DNA of 51,798 bases, filler included, from Catajapyx aquilonaris (GCA_000934665.2; 2 parts of 2 records of this genome joined end to end with filler, not necessarily neighbours in it); one strand, 5' to 3'. Counted from the first letter of the whole stretch, positions 11,992 to 25,009 are shown. Notes: generated from the letters alone by a model not told the origin. Made by a program: numbers and translations.

Positions 11992-12393
11992 GCTACCCAT
12001 TATAGCGTTAAAAGATTAAACTTTAACTTAAATAAAAATTAAATAAAAATAGAGGCACGATAAAATTATTATAAAGTGATCGCCGTAGGAATTATTAATA
12101 CTGTAAATTAAAGTAATGCGAATTATTAATAAACTAAAATAATACGAATTAATAAATTCAAGTAATACGAAATAATTATTACTTAAATGATAAATTGCGA
12201 ATATAGTAATTAATTACATAAAACAATTAATAAAGCTCGTAAAACCTAAAATTAAATTTGATAAACTTTAAAGTAATAAGCAAATATTTAAATTGAAGTT
12301 AACATTTAAATGAACACTCGCATCGATTAAAATAAAAATTAAAGAATCGAGCATTTATCGAACAAAATTAAATAAAATAAAGTACGGCACAGT

Positions 12394-12566
12394 AAAATAA
12401 AACTGTCAAATAATTAAAACTGAAAATAACATCCAAAACCACACAACATTAGATATCAATAATTTTATAATAATTTATATTTTATTATTTACATTATTTT
12501 AAAATTTATATCTAATGTGTGGTTTTGGAAGTTATTTTCCAATTTAATTATTTCACACTTTTATTT
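12394..12566. repeat. AT-rich imperfect fold-back (probable old MITE)
   Basis: AAAATAACATCCAAAACCACAC..ATTAGATAT versus ATATCTAAT.GTGTGGTTTTGGAAGTTATTTT. Confidence 0.7.
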
Positions 12567-13789
12567 CATTTCATTTCATTTAAAAAAATTCTATTGGTAC
12601 TATAAGTATTAGTTGAATTATTCAACTACTAGTATATATGATATCTATCAATTTTAAAATAATTATTTCGATAGCAATTTAAATAAAATTCGATCTTAAT
12701 TTAACTACAAACTGAAATGTATTTAAAAATTGACAATTAAGCTTAATCCTAACATCTACATTTTCAGTGTTAAAGCAAGTCAACTTTTCCTCTTTCTACG
12801 CATGTGCACAGTAGCAAATTCCGCGCATGCGCAGTGAAGACTCCGATTTAACTGGGGCGGANNNNNNNNNNNNNNNNNNNNCCCCCCCCCCCCCCCCTTC
12901 TCCTTCGGCATGCACCCTCAACCTTTATTACTCACATGCAGAGCACACCCTTTCGGATAATAATTTCTCTGTACTCTGCACACACGCTCTGGCATGCAAC
13001 AGACCGCCCCATGCAATTTGCCCTAAACCCAACAATGAGAGCCCGAGGTCAGTGCGTCATCCTGCGACCTTATCAAAAGTGACCCGATTAAAGCCCAACA
13101 TATATCGGCACAAAAAAAAACAACCAACGATTTACAATCAACAATGTCCTTGGGGAGCCTCTCCTCTTTCTCCTTTCTAACTTAATCCTCCCAAGAAAGA
13201 CGGGGATTAACAGTACCTGCGCACCGCCTCCCTAATCAATCAATCAATCAATCAGAGGCACCACATCACCTGTTGACTCATCCGATAAAAAAGGAGCAAT
13301 GTGTGTGCTCATATGATCATTTGATTGCCCCAATTAGAACGGAGTAAACAAAAATTGCGGTGTTGCCGAGCTCCCACATTTTGGCGAAAAATGTGTAATT
13401 CACACCTGTTAGGTGGACCGGGTCTGGAACCGGTTCACTATATTTGGTTGCCACTGAAAACCCATTGCTATTGAATATCGGTATCCGAAAGTTCGTCAAC
13501 AATGGAGCAAATTGAATTATTATTTACTAGTAGCAGACCTGTTGCCAAATTTTGGCGACTGATTGGCCCACCCACCCCACTTGAACGTATAGTACGATAT
13601 ATGCAACTGGCAGTTGGCGCATAGGCTCTCCCTCGGCACGCTCCTGCCACTATCAGGGCGAAAGTACTACATGGCACGTTGGTGATGAGTCACTGCGCGG
13701 ACAAAGTCCACCAGGGCGCTATACTACTTTGTCACTCTAATTGTTGAACGGGGAAAGTGAAAACTAGTGTAACTATGTGATGAGTCAAC

Positions 13790-13855
<66 letters not shown>
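13790..13855. repeat. (TTA)n microsatellite
   Basis: ~22 perfect units. Confidence 0.95.
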
Positions 13856-13856
<1 letters not shown>

Positions 13857-14094
13857 GCTCCGGTGGTTGCGGATGCGCAAGGCAACCAACCAGGATGTAT
13901 GGAACATTAATTTTCTGCTCCACTAAATATTATTACGGTCGTACATTTCGCCGCAATAATAAGTCATAACCCGGAAAGTCGGCCATCTTGGATTTAATGT
14001 CAAAATTTATTGTTCTGTGGGCCACCTATTGCAACAGGCGACGCCCATAGCCATGTGTAACCCAAATTCAAGCCTAAATGACGACTATAAAACA

Positions 14095-14340
14095 TAAGAT
14101 AAAATTTATTAACCGAGTGCGCACCACAGTTCGCGCAGCTTACAGGGTTGGCATTATCAACGATAGTTTGTAAACTCTATGTGTATAGTGGCTGCACCTA
14201 TTTCCAACGCTATGCGTTTGAGGGGCTGACGTTTGGGACGTTTTCAAGGCTCCGGAACGAATCTCCGAACTGTCGCCGGAACAATGGAGCTGCGCGAGTG
14301 TGGGTGCGCACTTGGTTGCGCTCGTAAAAAACCATTTATA
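14095..14340 (-). mobile_element. MITE family M1, copy B (inverted relative to A)
   Basis: AACCGAGTGCGCACCACAGTTCGCGCAGCT ... AGCTGCGCGAGTGTGGGTGCGCACTTGGTTGCGCTC, internal TATTTCCAACGCTA. Confidence 0.8.
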
Positions 14341-16755
14341 TACCAACGCATAATAATAATATAATAATGTCAAAATCTGGAACAATTCAGCAGGGATGCC
14401 AATATCAAATGTTACGTACCCTGATTCAGCATAGCACAGGACCTACGCGTCGTGTCGATGGGGACTCCCTAGCAGGTATGATCCTAGCTATCTCATGATG
14501 CCAACTCATAGAGCTACATATCTCCCAGTGTGTTATCCGAAGTCAACACGAACGTCACGCACTTCTGTCTAATCCTTCACATTATTGCCGAATAGTCTCT
14601 AGCTCTCTATCGTCTATCCAAGTGCGTTTTCGCCGCGGTGCTATCTGCCGCGTGGCGTCATTTCCGCCTACCATTTCCTGCGGTCACTCTCTTATCAAAA
14701 ATGGTCGCCAAAACTTCTCCTTCCAGGAAAGCCACGTTATCTACATCCTTTTTCTTTATACTTTTGCACTCAATACATGATGAGGTAGGCCTACTTGTTG
14801 ACTTTTATTGTTGACAGTGTCAATAACAAGGAAAAATGGACAGTTATCATTTACTAGCAAATGATATGTCAATCAGGCTCTTATAATATCGTGTGTTTGT
14901 CATCGGGTTTAAAATAGAGCGCTAATTAACTTCCTTTAGGGCACGCAAATAGGGCACATCAATTAGTAGATATGTGCGATGTTAATTTTGTAACACTGCG
15001 GCCGGATTTAATTAGTAAATTAAAATAGTACAAATTTCCAACTTATACTGTGTATACACATTAGGAAATTATTATACGAGCCATACAATATTGTATATTT
15101 ATTTTATTCGTATTAATATTGAATCGAATATTATCAATATTGCATTATTCATATCGCACATGTATATCAATATTATATCATGTCACTCTCGTATAATAAA
15201 TATCATGTGCTCATCAATGGCTATCAATATTACATATTTATAACTATTATAAATGACATTAATATTACATATTGATAACTATTATAATAATTATATTCGT
15301 ATGTTCCATATATAATATAATTTTCATGTTTTAACATATTTTTATATTATCTATATATTTTTGTTTACTAGTTATATTATTTTATATAGATAGGTTTCCC
15401 TATATTATAACTAGTGATAGAGACGATTAATAAATTGTGAGCTAAAAATGAAATATTCGAAGAAATCAAACATACAGTATCACTAAAATGTAATTAATTA
15501 TTGATCAAATATACCACTCGAAAATAATATAATTACAATTATTTTAAAATAAAATAAAACTGCGTGGCAAACCTTCACACTTTATGCGGGTTCTTCACTT
15601 CCTCGATGGCAAATGAAGGTCATTTCACACACTATCGCAAATTAATTGCAATATTCTTGGAACTTCTGAAGTGGCCGTGTGAATAGGCCGTAGGACTTCA
15701 ATTGTACACAATTAGCTCGCTTTTTTTTTACTTCAGGCGTCAGTCTAATAGTTCCATTCTTACATACCCTTATCGCTCCTTGCTTAGTAATGGTTGCGTC
15801 ATGCGGCTTTAAAAAACCCCTCATAAAACCGGTTTAGTACGTCAAATGTAACTTGCGATAAATCGTACCAAGTGAGAACGTACGGTCCAGGGGTAAAAGA
15901 CGATAAAAATAATATTTAAGACCAGACCCAAGCCAAGACCTAATTCGAAATATGTCCACTTCCTGATGTCGTGCCCAGCCTTCACCCCATTTCAAACCCC
16001 CCTCCCCTCCAAAAAAAAATAAGTCTGAAAAAAAAAATCAAAGGCCATGTTTATTTGGCCGGGAGCACGAAAAAGTCCTATAAAAAGTCCTATAAAAAGT
16101 GAAACGTGTCCATGTTGAAAAGATAAGAACAGAGAAGGAAAAAAAGGAGAGAGGATTTTAAAAAAAACACAGGGTGATTCATAAGAACGTTCGGACTTTG
16201 ACTGCCAGGTTGAAGAGGAAAAAACTGTGAGTAAATACGCACTTGAGGAGATTGACTTGGCAGATGGATAGGTCTAGAAAAAGTACCTCAGATTATCCCG
16301 TGAGAACAACCTTTTCTCAAGAAAAAAAATCAAGGAAAAATTTCTCGGATATATTTTTAAGCCTGATCTATTTATACTAGGAAAAAAGACTTTTGTCTTT
16401 TTTTATATATGCAGTATATCTACTGATCCAAATCCCCTAAGGCAGGAAATGTCAAGCTTTTTTTTTTGAAGGTTTTATAAATATAAAATGTAGGGGAGGG
16501 GTTCGACTTTTACACCAGGATAAAACAGAAGAGTTTAAAAATCCGAATTGTTCACTCCAGCAACCAGTTAAATAAGAAGCAAGAATCAAGGTTGCTGGGG
16601 GCGAACAACGTGTAACAACGAATAACGTGTAAGAAATTTTTCAAGTGGAGTGGACCAGCGTGGCCTGTATATTAGCTTCAAATGTTGCTAGGAAAAACAA
16701 ATCGTGGATTTACCACTTTATTCTAATTATACGATTTTAATTAATTGTGAAATAT

Positions 16756-16884
16756 TTTAATTCAGTTGTTAAATACAGTATTTAATTCAGTTGTTAAATA
16801 CAGTATTTAACAACTGAATTAAATACAGTATTTAACAACTGAATTAAATACAGTATTTAACAACTGAATTAATACTGTATTTAA
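16756..16884. repeat. 25-bp tandem repeat that switches orientation mid-array
   Basis: Two units with TTCAGTTG then three with CAACTGAA, separated by the palindrome TTAAATAC-A-GTATTTAA. Confidence 0.85.
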
Positions 16885-17968
16885 TTTAAGTATTAACTAC
16901 TACAATTAGTTATTAAATACTGCAATTAATTGTTAAATACTGCAATTGTTACGGTTTAATTTAACAGTTAAATGTCAGTTTTAATTTAGTAGTTACATGT
17001 TTTAATTTAACAGTTAAATGTTTTAATTTAACAGTTAATTGTTTTAATTTAGCAGTTACATGTTTTAATTTAGGTTATCCATATTACTATAATAATCAGA
17101 TATTAATTTAGTTATTAAAAGTTTAATTTGATTAATTAACATATATGTTACTCCTTAACTATGCTAATTTGTTTTTATTTTTATTTAATTTTTAATTATA
17201 TTTACTTGTATTAATAATATCGGTATTATAAAAGGTAAAGTTTGCTGGTTTATTATTATTTGTGCGTTTGTTTGTTTGTTCAGGTGTTGCTTACATGGCA
17301 ACCCATTTTAATGCAATAGTTGTCATAATTTTAATTTGCAATTTTATTAAATTTTAATTGCAAACCGGGATTGTTAATCACACCGCCTTTCTTAAAGTAG
17401 AGCATGGTTGACTGCATCGTGTTAAATGCAAGGACTTTTAGATCGATCTAAAAGCGGCCGACCTTTGCAGATGATGGTCAAGGGCGTTAATTTAAGCCCG
17501 GGTTAAATTTTTCATCGGAACTAGTTTTTTGCGCAGAACCGTTACATGCAATATTTAGCAACATTGCGCTAAAAGTACTGCTATTGTCATTTTTAACGCA
17601 ATTAAGCTTATGAATAATAATTGTTACTAAAAAATGATTGGATGTGTTTTAGAGCTCATGAGTATTATTCAAGTGTGTCCTACTAAAAATTAATTAGGGT
17701 CGGAAATTCGCAACATTCCATTCCCAGCATCTCGAGATTTGCAAAAGCCCAAAGTTTTGCAATAGATAGCTTTCACTTTCTCGCGGGCCAGACACTATAT
17801 ATTATTCCACGCACCATTTGCAAGCCAATCCTCAAGCTTGGCGGCATAAAAATTTGCAATGAAATCATCTGCATGAATTTGCTTAAATTTGAATACAGAA
17901 TGAACTAGCGATATTTTGACCAATATAACCCCAATATATGACCCAATATATGGGATAATATATTTTGA

Positions 17969-17971
<3 letters not shown>

Positions 17972-18044
<73 letters not shown>
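17972..18044. repeat. (TTA)n microsatellite
   Basis: ~24 perfect units. Source of the poly-Ile ORF. Confidence 0.95.
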
Positions 18045-18938
18045 GATACTGTGGCAACCCTGGTTGGGTTCAACCAATGATGGGTGAAGAGCAGATCACG
18101 TGAGCAGTCCTGTAACCCGACACCTTCATTTTAAAAGGCCCACCGCCTGCACCTGTTTCCTCATCTGGTAAAGAGCAGTATGACTCACTGTACGGTCCAG
18201 TGTAACGGGCCCGCATCATACGAATATGACTTTTTTTTTTCAACCGGTTACGTTACTTCTCCTTTCAGAAAAAGTGGTAGCCGCAATGAATCACCGGCGG
18301 GCGCAATCAACGTAAACAATGTTCGCACACGTCTCTCAAATATTGTAGCCGCGACTGAGACGCGCGACTAGGATCGCCGGTCTTGTCCTTGGACCAAGCC
18401 ACGTGCAAGTATGTGTGCACATGTGTTCAAAAAAATGTTGCACGTATAAATAAAGCAAGCCTCCAGGGAAGGCGACATTGACCCCTCCGAAGGGGGTGGG
18501 GGGGCCACGCCCGACCAACGAAAAAAAAAAAAGCCTCCTAAATTCACACCCACAACCCAACAACAATGAGGCTGAGACACTCCAACAGTTAGCTTGAGGA
18601 AGCCAAGTATTCCCCGTTTTGTGGTTCGCCACTTTGTTCAAAATTTTCCCGTATATTTTTGGCCACATGTATTTCCCACAAGACACAAAAAAAGACCGTG
18701 TGGATTCAACCTTGTCCGAAACATTTTTTGTGGCAAAAATATGCCGTGTTGTTGCATACACAGTACGAGTACTACAGCTTACTTGTGTACTAGGTGTTCC
18801 AGATTGGCCCTCTAAGCTGCTATTTTGCATAATAAATATTATACAAGCTGTTATTTGTGACAAAACTATTGTTATACGAAAATAGCCACTTAAAATTATA
18901 TATTACATTAGTACACACAATGGCAACTTCAACCTATA

Positions 18939-19146
18939 CAGGGTGGTCCAACATCAAGTGTCGTTTTATAACTGCTATTAATGGAAGCGCTTTACGATTG
19001 ACGTAGCAGCGACGTGTAAAATGGCCCACTTCGATGGCGCCGAAGATGCGCCGAATTGGGACATTTTACGCGTCGCTGCTACGCATCGCAAAAATCACTG
19101 CTATTAATCACCGTTATAAAACGACACTTGATGTTGGACCACCCTG
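18939..19146. mobile_element. Tc1/mariner-type MITE (208 bp)
   Basis: Perfect 34-bp TIR CAGGGTGGTCCAACATCAAGTGTCGTTTTATAAC, TA TSDs, further internal inverted arms. Confidence 0.92.
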
Positions 19147-19254
19147 TATATTATACAAAAAATAACTGCTTAAAATAATCTATATTGTTCAAATTCAATT
19201 TGAAATTTTGAAATTGAAAATTTCATTTCATGACATTCAGATTCAGGTTAATAA

Positions 19255-19985
19255 ATTAAAGCTGCCAATTTGAACAATGCGGGTGATTTTAAGCAGCTAC
19301 TTTATTTTAACTGCTATTTGGTATATTTTAAAGCTGCTACTTAGTATAATAAAGATTATTTTTAGGCGGCTGCCATTTTGTGTGATAAAAGTTATTTTTA
19401 AGCTATTATTTTGAATATTTTAAGCTACTATTTTGTGTAATAAAGCTTATTTTTAAGCTATTATTTTGTGTAATAAAGCTTATTTTAAGATATTATTTTG
19501 AATATTTTAAGCTATTTTTTGAATATTTTAAGCTACTACTTTGTGCATAATAATGCTTATTTTTAAGCTAATTTTGTGAATAATTTACGCTGCTACATTG
19601 TATGCTATAGCAATATAACTTAATTATTCGAAGCTGATATTTTCATAATAGTTTATTTAAGCTGCTCCCTTGTATAATATTTTAAGCTGCTATTCTGTAG
19701 TAATATTTTAAGCGCTTATTTCAATCGGCTTTCTATAATAATGAAAATATTTTAAAGCCAATACTTTGTCTAATAAAACTTATTTTTAAGATACCGGTGC
19801 AATTTTGTACAATAAGACTTATTTTAAGCTGCTATATCGCCTCATGTTTATTTTTAAGCGACTATTTTGTACGCAGTAAGGTTATTTTTAAGAGGCTATT
19901 TTGTCTAATGAAGCCTATTTTTAATGTGCCTACTTTAAGCTGCTATTTTATCCCATAAATATAATATTCTAAGCTGTTATTTTGC
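19255..19985. repeat. Degenerate satellite-like array (units ~20-33 bp)
   Basis: Recurrent TTTTAAGCT(G/A)CTATTTTG..TAATAAAGCTTAT. Related units also at 18810-18900, so the MITE appears inserted into the array. Confidence 0.8.
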
Positions 19986-20160
19986 TATTAAAATCGCACA
20001 ATCCGACAAAATCTGCGTTTGTCAACAATCGCGCGCATTGTTGTCCTTCTCTATAGTCCTTCCAAATTGGCAACAGATGTTGGGGAATGTCCACACAAAT
20101 ATTTTGGCAACTTGCTCCTTTTTTTTCAAAAAAAACTGGCAATGCGGAGGGTGCGGCGCC

Positions 20161-20181
20161 CCGGAAGTGACGTCACGTGAC
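20161..20181. promoter_or_regulatory. Overlapping ETS + CRE + E-box (CLEAR/USF) composite element
   Basis: CCGGAAGTGACGTCACGTGAC contains CCGGAAGTG, TGACGTCA and GTCACGTGAC, in a CpG-rich patch upstream of the GAS2-like coding exons. Confidence 0.6.
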
Positions 20182-20854
20182 TTAGCCGGGTAAATGCCTC
20201 CCTCTCCCACCCCTCTATCTCCTCCTCTCCCCACCTTCAACTCTTGCCAACAATCGATACTGTTCCCGGATCCATAAGACCGGCGCCGCAGACGTCGCGA
20301 CGTCTGCACTTACCCGCAATTTTCTATTATTTGTTCATTCGCATCAGAAGGTTAAGGAGCTGCTCGGGACAATTTTTTTTTGACACACCCGGTTGTTGGG
20401 GCTAGCACGGGAAACATTGCAACAATGGAAATGTTGATTCACAGTGTTTAGTCACGGGTATTTAACCGGGGAGTAAGCGCCAGCAGATTATTCACAGAGG
20501 TCTTGTCATATATGAGGCACGAGGTTGCACCACTCACGATGTACCGTCAACTGACAGTTATTAATCAGGTCAATTGTTGCCAACAATAACTATCCGTTAA
20601 TTATTATTGCAATCAAGGCTCTCGAGTATTTACCCGGGAAAATTGCGAAATTATTGTGGCATTTACGTACCTGGTTGTACCCGCTCATTTTTACAGCTAG
20701 TATTTACGTTAATTACTAGTTAATTGCTGCAACAATGGCGTCAATTATTTAATCATTCTCAACAATACGCAACCTCTTTAACAGACGGTTTATTTCAACC
20801 TGCCTGTAACATAATTATGGGTACTGGTTCATTTCAATTTCTGGTTCTATAGTT

Positions 20855-21408
20855 TTTGCGCCCATTCCGTTACAGACAGGTTGCACCAATGACCGGTTCA
20901 TTCTGACGGCTGGTTTCAGAAACAGATGTCAAAATCGACTGTGAAATTAGACGGAAATTCAGGGTCGAAATTTTCCGTTACGAGTTTCCGCTAAGTACAT
21001 CTCAATTAAATTTCGCGCACATTCCGTTATAGACAGGTTGTACTACTGAACGGTTCATTGCACTGTCAACTGACGGCTAATTTTTAGAAAAACTGTCACA
21101 ATCGCTATGAAATTTGGCTTAACCTCACGGTGGAAATTTTCCGCTCAGTACAGGTTAATTGATGGTGTCAACGTATGTCAAAATCGGTTACGTTTGGTCA
21201 GAATTTGTCACACGCTTCCAATATCAATTTTTGTAAATGTTTCCGCTAAATACAGGTTTTCCGGTAAGTACAGGTCAATTGCTTGTATGAACATGCTTAT
21301 TACCGCAATGTCAAAATCAGTCACATTTGGTCCAAATCGGTTAATGCGGCCAAGCTTCATTTTTAAAAACATTTCCGCTAAATACAGGTTTCCGTTATGG
21401 ACAGGTTT
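20855..21408. repeat. Old tandem array, ~130-160-bp units
   Basis: Four TGTCA(A/C)AATC blocks, each followed by TTTCCGCT..(G/A)TACA, plus repeated TTCCGTTA..GACAGGTT. Confidence 0.65.
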
Positions 21409-21558
21409 CCATCGCATAAAAATGAGGCCAATATGTCAGTGTCGATTGATTTTTATAACAGTTATAAACCATTTGGTTATATGATCCACAGCCATTTTTG
21501 ACCACCTGTTTATAACGGACTAATATTGCGCGTACGTGTATGAATGGGGGCAACTTAC

Positions 21559-21709
21559 TTGGAGAAGGTTTTTCGGGAGGAGGAGGAGGAGGCCTGTTCC
21601 CCCGACACGTGTGTCCTGCCTGGGAATGTGATCCGGACTGACTCAGTGGAGGCCTTTCCACTGGGTGGAACCAGGGTGGGATAGATAGAGCGGGGGATAA
21701 GCCCGCCAT
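21559..21709 (-). CDS. Candidate upstream/alternative first coding exon of the GAS2-like gene (Pro-rich, 50 aa)
   Basis: ATGG start and AA|GTAAGT donor. 151 nt (phase 1) joins in frame to the 11369 acceptor (A+GC=Ser, then ILEMVPG). GC-rich island. No homology support. Confidence 0.3.
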
Positions 21710-24616
21710 CTATACAGAGCTCTCCGCTTGAATATTTCACACACGGTGCCACTGGAAGGGAGACGGACCTTTCGGTTTAGCTGGACGCCCAAACATCCCC
21801 GGCTGCTTGTTCATCCTTTATTTGTGTGGAAGGCTCGATAACAGGAGAGATCGGATTTGGTGGGTTCATGGACGGGATGGGGACGGACAGGTCCGGAAGG
21901 GGAGGGCCCAAATGGGTACTTAATGGGTTTTAAAATGTAACTAATAAATAGACTCATGTAGCTAATAGACGAATGTAACTAATTAAATATATAACTAATA
22001 ACATTATATAGCAATGATAATATATGTAACTAATAACATTACAGCAATAATAATAATAATAATAATAATAATAATTGTAACTAATAACTAATAAGTAACC
22101 ATCACAAAGTTATAATAATTTGTTATTATTTCTAATAAATAATTATTAGCTCCAATAAATATTAGTTCTATAAATAATTATTATATTATTATAACTACTA
22201 ACCGTATTACAACTAATGAAATTATAATAACTAAAAACAATAATTGCTATTAGTTATTATAATTTTATTGGTTTAGTTATTTGGGGCAAGGGCTATAGTT
22301 ATATAGTTTTATGTAACTAATAACTACAACTAATTAAGTAATTATAAATAATGTAATGTAACTAATAACTATAACTAATTAAATAATGTAATGTAACTTA
22401 TTAAATAATTAATGTAACGAATAACTATAACTAATTAAATAATGTTATGTAACTAATGAAATAATATATTGTGACTAATAAAGCTATAACTAATTAAATA
22501 ATAAGTGGTATGAAGTATGAACACAAAGTAATACATATAAATACTTATAACACGTGAGTACCTAACTACTGATAACATCACTTAAATAAAATAACAAAAT
22601 ATGACTAATAAATTAACACACAAACCGACACAAAATGATCAATAATATAAATAGACACCTACTAAATTAAGAAACTTAGTAATGCAGCTAAAATGAATGA
22701 GATATGATCGATAAGTAGATAATAAAAACAGAAGCAAAAGTAATAAACAAAACTAATATAAACCTACTAATTTTAAATACAAGATGAACAAAAAATGAAA
22801 TGAAAAATGATAGTTATAAATGGAAAATAAGTTAAAGTGGAAAATAATGGGTGTAAATGGATAACATCGCTTTTCCGTCGAATAGGCTGCTATACTCACA
22901 ATACAAGATGTTGGGGGGAAAAGGGGAGATCTACATAATAAGCGACTATATGTCCCCCGCTTTGATCGGCTCCGATTGATGACCCCCAAATACTCTTTGA
23001 TTTCTTCCCTGGGAGTCCCCTTGAGCCTGGAGGTCAGCATATGGCCACCAGTAGCCTAGATGCCGCAGGTGGGGGGGTGTTTACCTTTTAAAGTCTTGAC
23101 CATATTTAGTGCGAAAAAATTTTGTCCCAAAAAAGGGTTGAGGTTGGTCCAAGGGCTGGATCGGCGGGACCTCGACCCGAATGTGGGCCAGTGTCGACCT
23201 GCCTGACACCGCTATTCCTTCCTTCCTCAGCACTTCAAGGCTCAACCATTGACATCCCAAAAATGGGCATGTGTCCCCAGGGTGCGATGACACTCGCGGA
23301 TTTTTCAATGTCACCCATGTTTAATGTCTATTGGCATAGGCCTACTTGGGAGCCAGCTTAGAAATATTCTCTTCCGTTACCCATAATATAAATAATTTAT
23401 GGGCAATTAAATATATTAGCTACAACCGTTACCCCTTTAAAATTAATGACTAGGTGAACGTTTGTGAAACCTGATTCATATTTACATGTTTCAATGACAT
23501 AATATTATTTATTACGAATGTATACCTATTTAATGTAGCTAATATATACAAGTACAATCAATACACCAATGTATGGTATGGTTTAATATAAATATGAATA
23601 TCATTGATAATATAATTATACGTAGTAATATCATAATAGCTCGCGGTCATCAGCCTTTGTGAAACATAGGGTCTATGATTACCTATTATTAATGATATAC
23701 GGTACCTAATATAATTTGTGGGCTTATTACTATAAAAAATATTTAGAAATAAATTTTATTGCGCAGACTCCTCGACTGTAATAGTCGGTAACAGTAGTCT
23801 AATACGTAAGTTATATCAATTATAATGTAAACAATCTGATATATTAGTAGTTTGTTCCATTTGCGAATCAATTAGCAGTTAGCGACTTTCACCCTAAGCT
23901 TCTTGTTTTAAATCAGTTATATAGTTATGCAGTGGTTATCAACAGTAGCCTATTAGCTTGTGATATTATCCCAGCAAATTGAATATTCCAATCTGCGAAT
24001 TTAAATCGATTATTTATTTTGGAACTAGCATTGGTGTAGCCTATTTTTCGCGAAACTTTGAACGACTATTCCAAGCGTATTGAATATTTACACCAGATAA
24101 TATATTTCGAGATGTACAAATAGTAGCTGCACCAGTGTGTTTCGGCATGGTCAGAGAGCGCGATAATTTTGCCAATATCATTTGCACTGCATCACAATGT
24201 GTATTGGCAAACTTGGCAAAACCAAAACCATGCAAGTCCTTATCAGCAACCGGACGCAGCATGTACGTAGTACACCCATATATTTTGCAAACCGCTCTGC
24301 AAGGTCACCCTCATCGTCCAGTGTTTTGCCAACATTTTCGCGAATGGCCATTTCACGGCGACTTGCAGCCGGCAGAACAAACGTCTGCGAAATCCATTAC
24401 CACTGCCGGACACCACATTGCACTTAAAAGCAGAGGCCCGTGTCACTCGCACTTGCCCAACTTCGTCCCCCCTCTAGCAACGCTGCTGTGCCCCTATACT
24501 GATAGCAACTTAACTTAGCCACACGTGCATTGCAAATAAAGGACCGGATCTCTGGCCACTATACACTGCATGCGACTTCATACCTCAGTCATAGAGTTAT
24601 TTCTTCTTATATATTA

Positions 24617-24761
24617 AAATAGCCATTTCATTCTTTCAAATATATTATAGCCATTTCTTTCTTTCAAATTATAGCCATTTCATTCTTTCAAATTATAGCC
24701 ATTTCATTCTTTCAAATATATTATAGCCATTTCATTCTTTCAAATATATTATAGCCATTTC
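24617..24761. repeat. 24-28-bp minisatellite (~5-6 copies)
   Basis: Unit TATAGCCATTTCATTCTTTCAAAT(ATAT). Confidence 0.9.
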
Positions 24762-25009
24762 ACACACACACACACATTATTTAAAATTGCAGCTATACAT
24801 TGTAGGCTAACTATTCTATTATTATTTTCTATTATAGTTATTGAACTGGTTTAAATAACTATTATAATAGCTTTAAATTATAATTTATAATATTATAATA
24901 TAATTGTAGCTATTTTATTATTTCATACTGTAGTTATTGTAATTACTTTAAATGGTACCTATAATGATTTTAAAATGTAACTATTATACTTAGTTATTAT
25001 ATTGGGTTG

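Noticed and set aside
10890..12881. N-runs next to poly-C tracts (10890-10935, 12862-12881)
   Set aside because: Ordinary sequencing gaps at homopolymers, not biological features.
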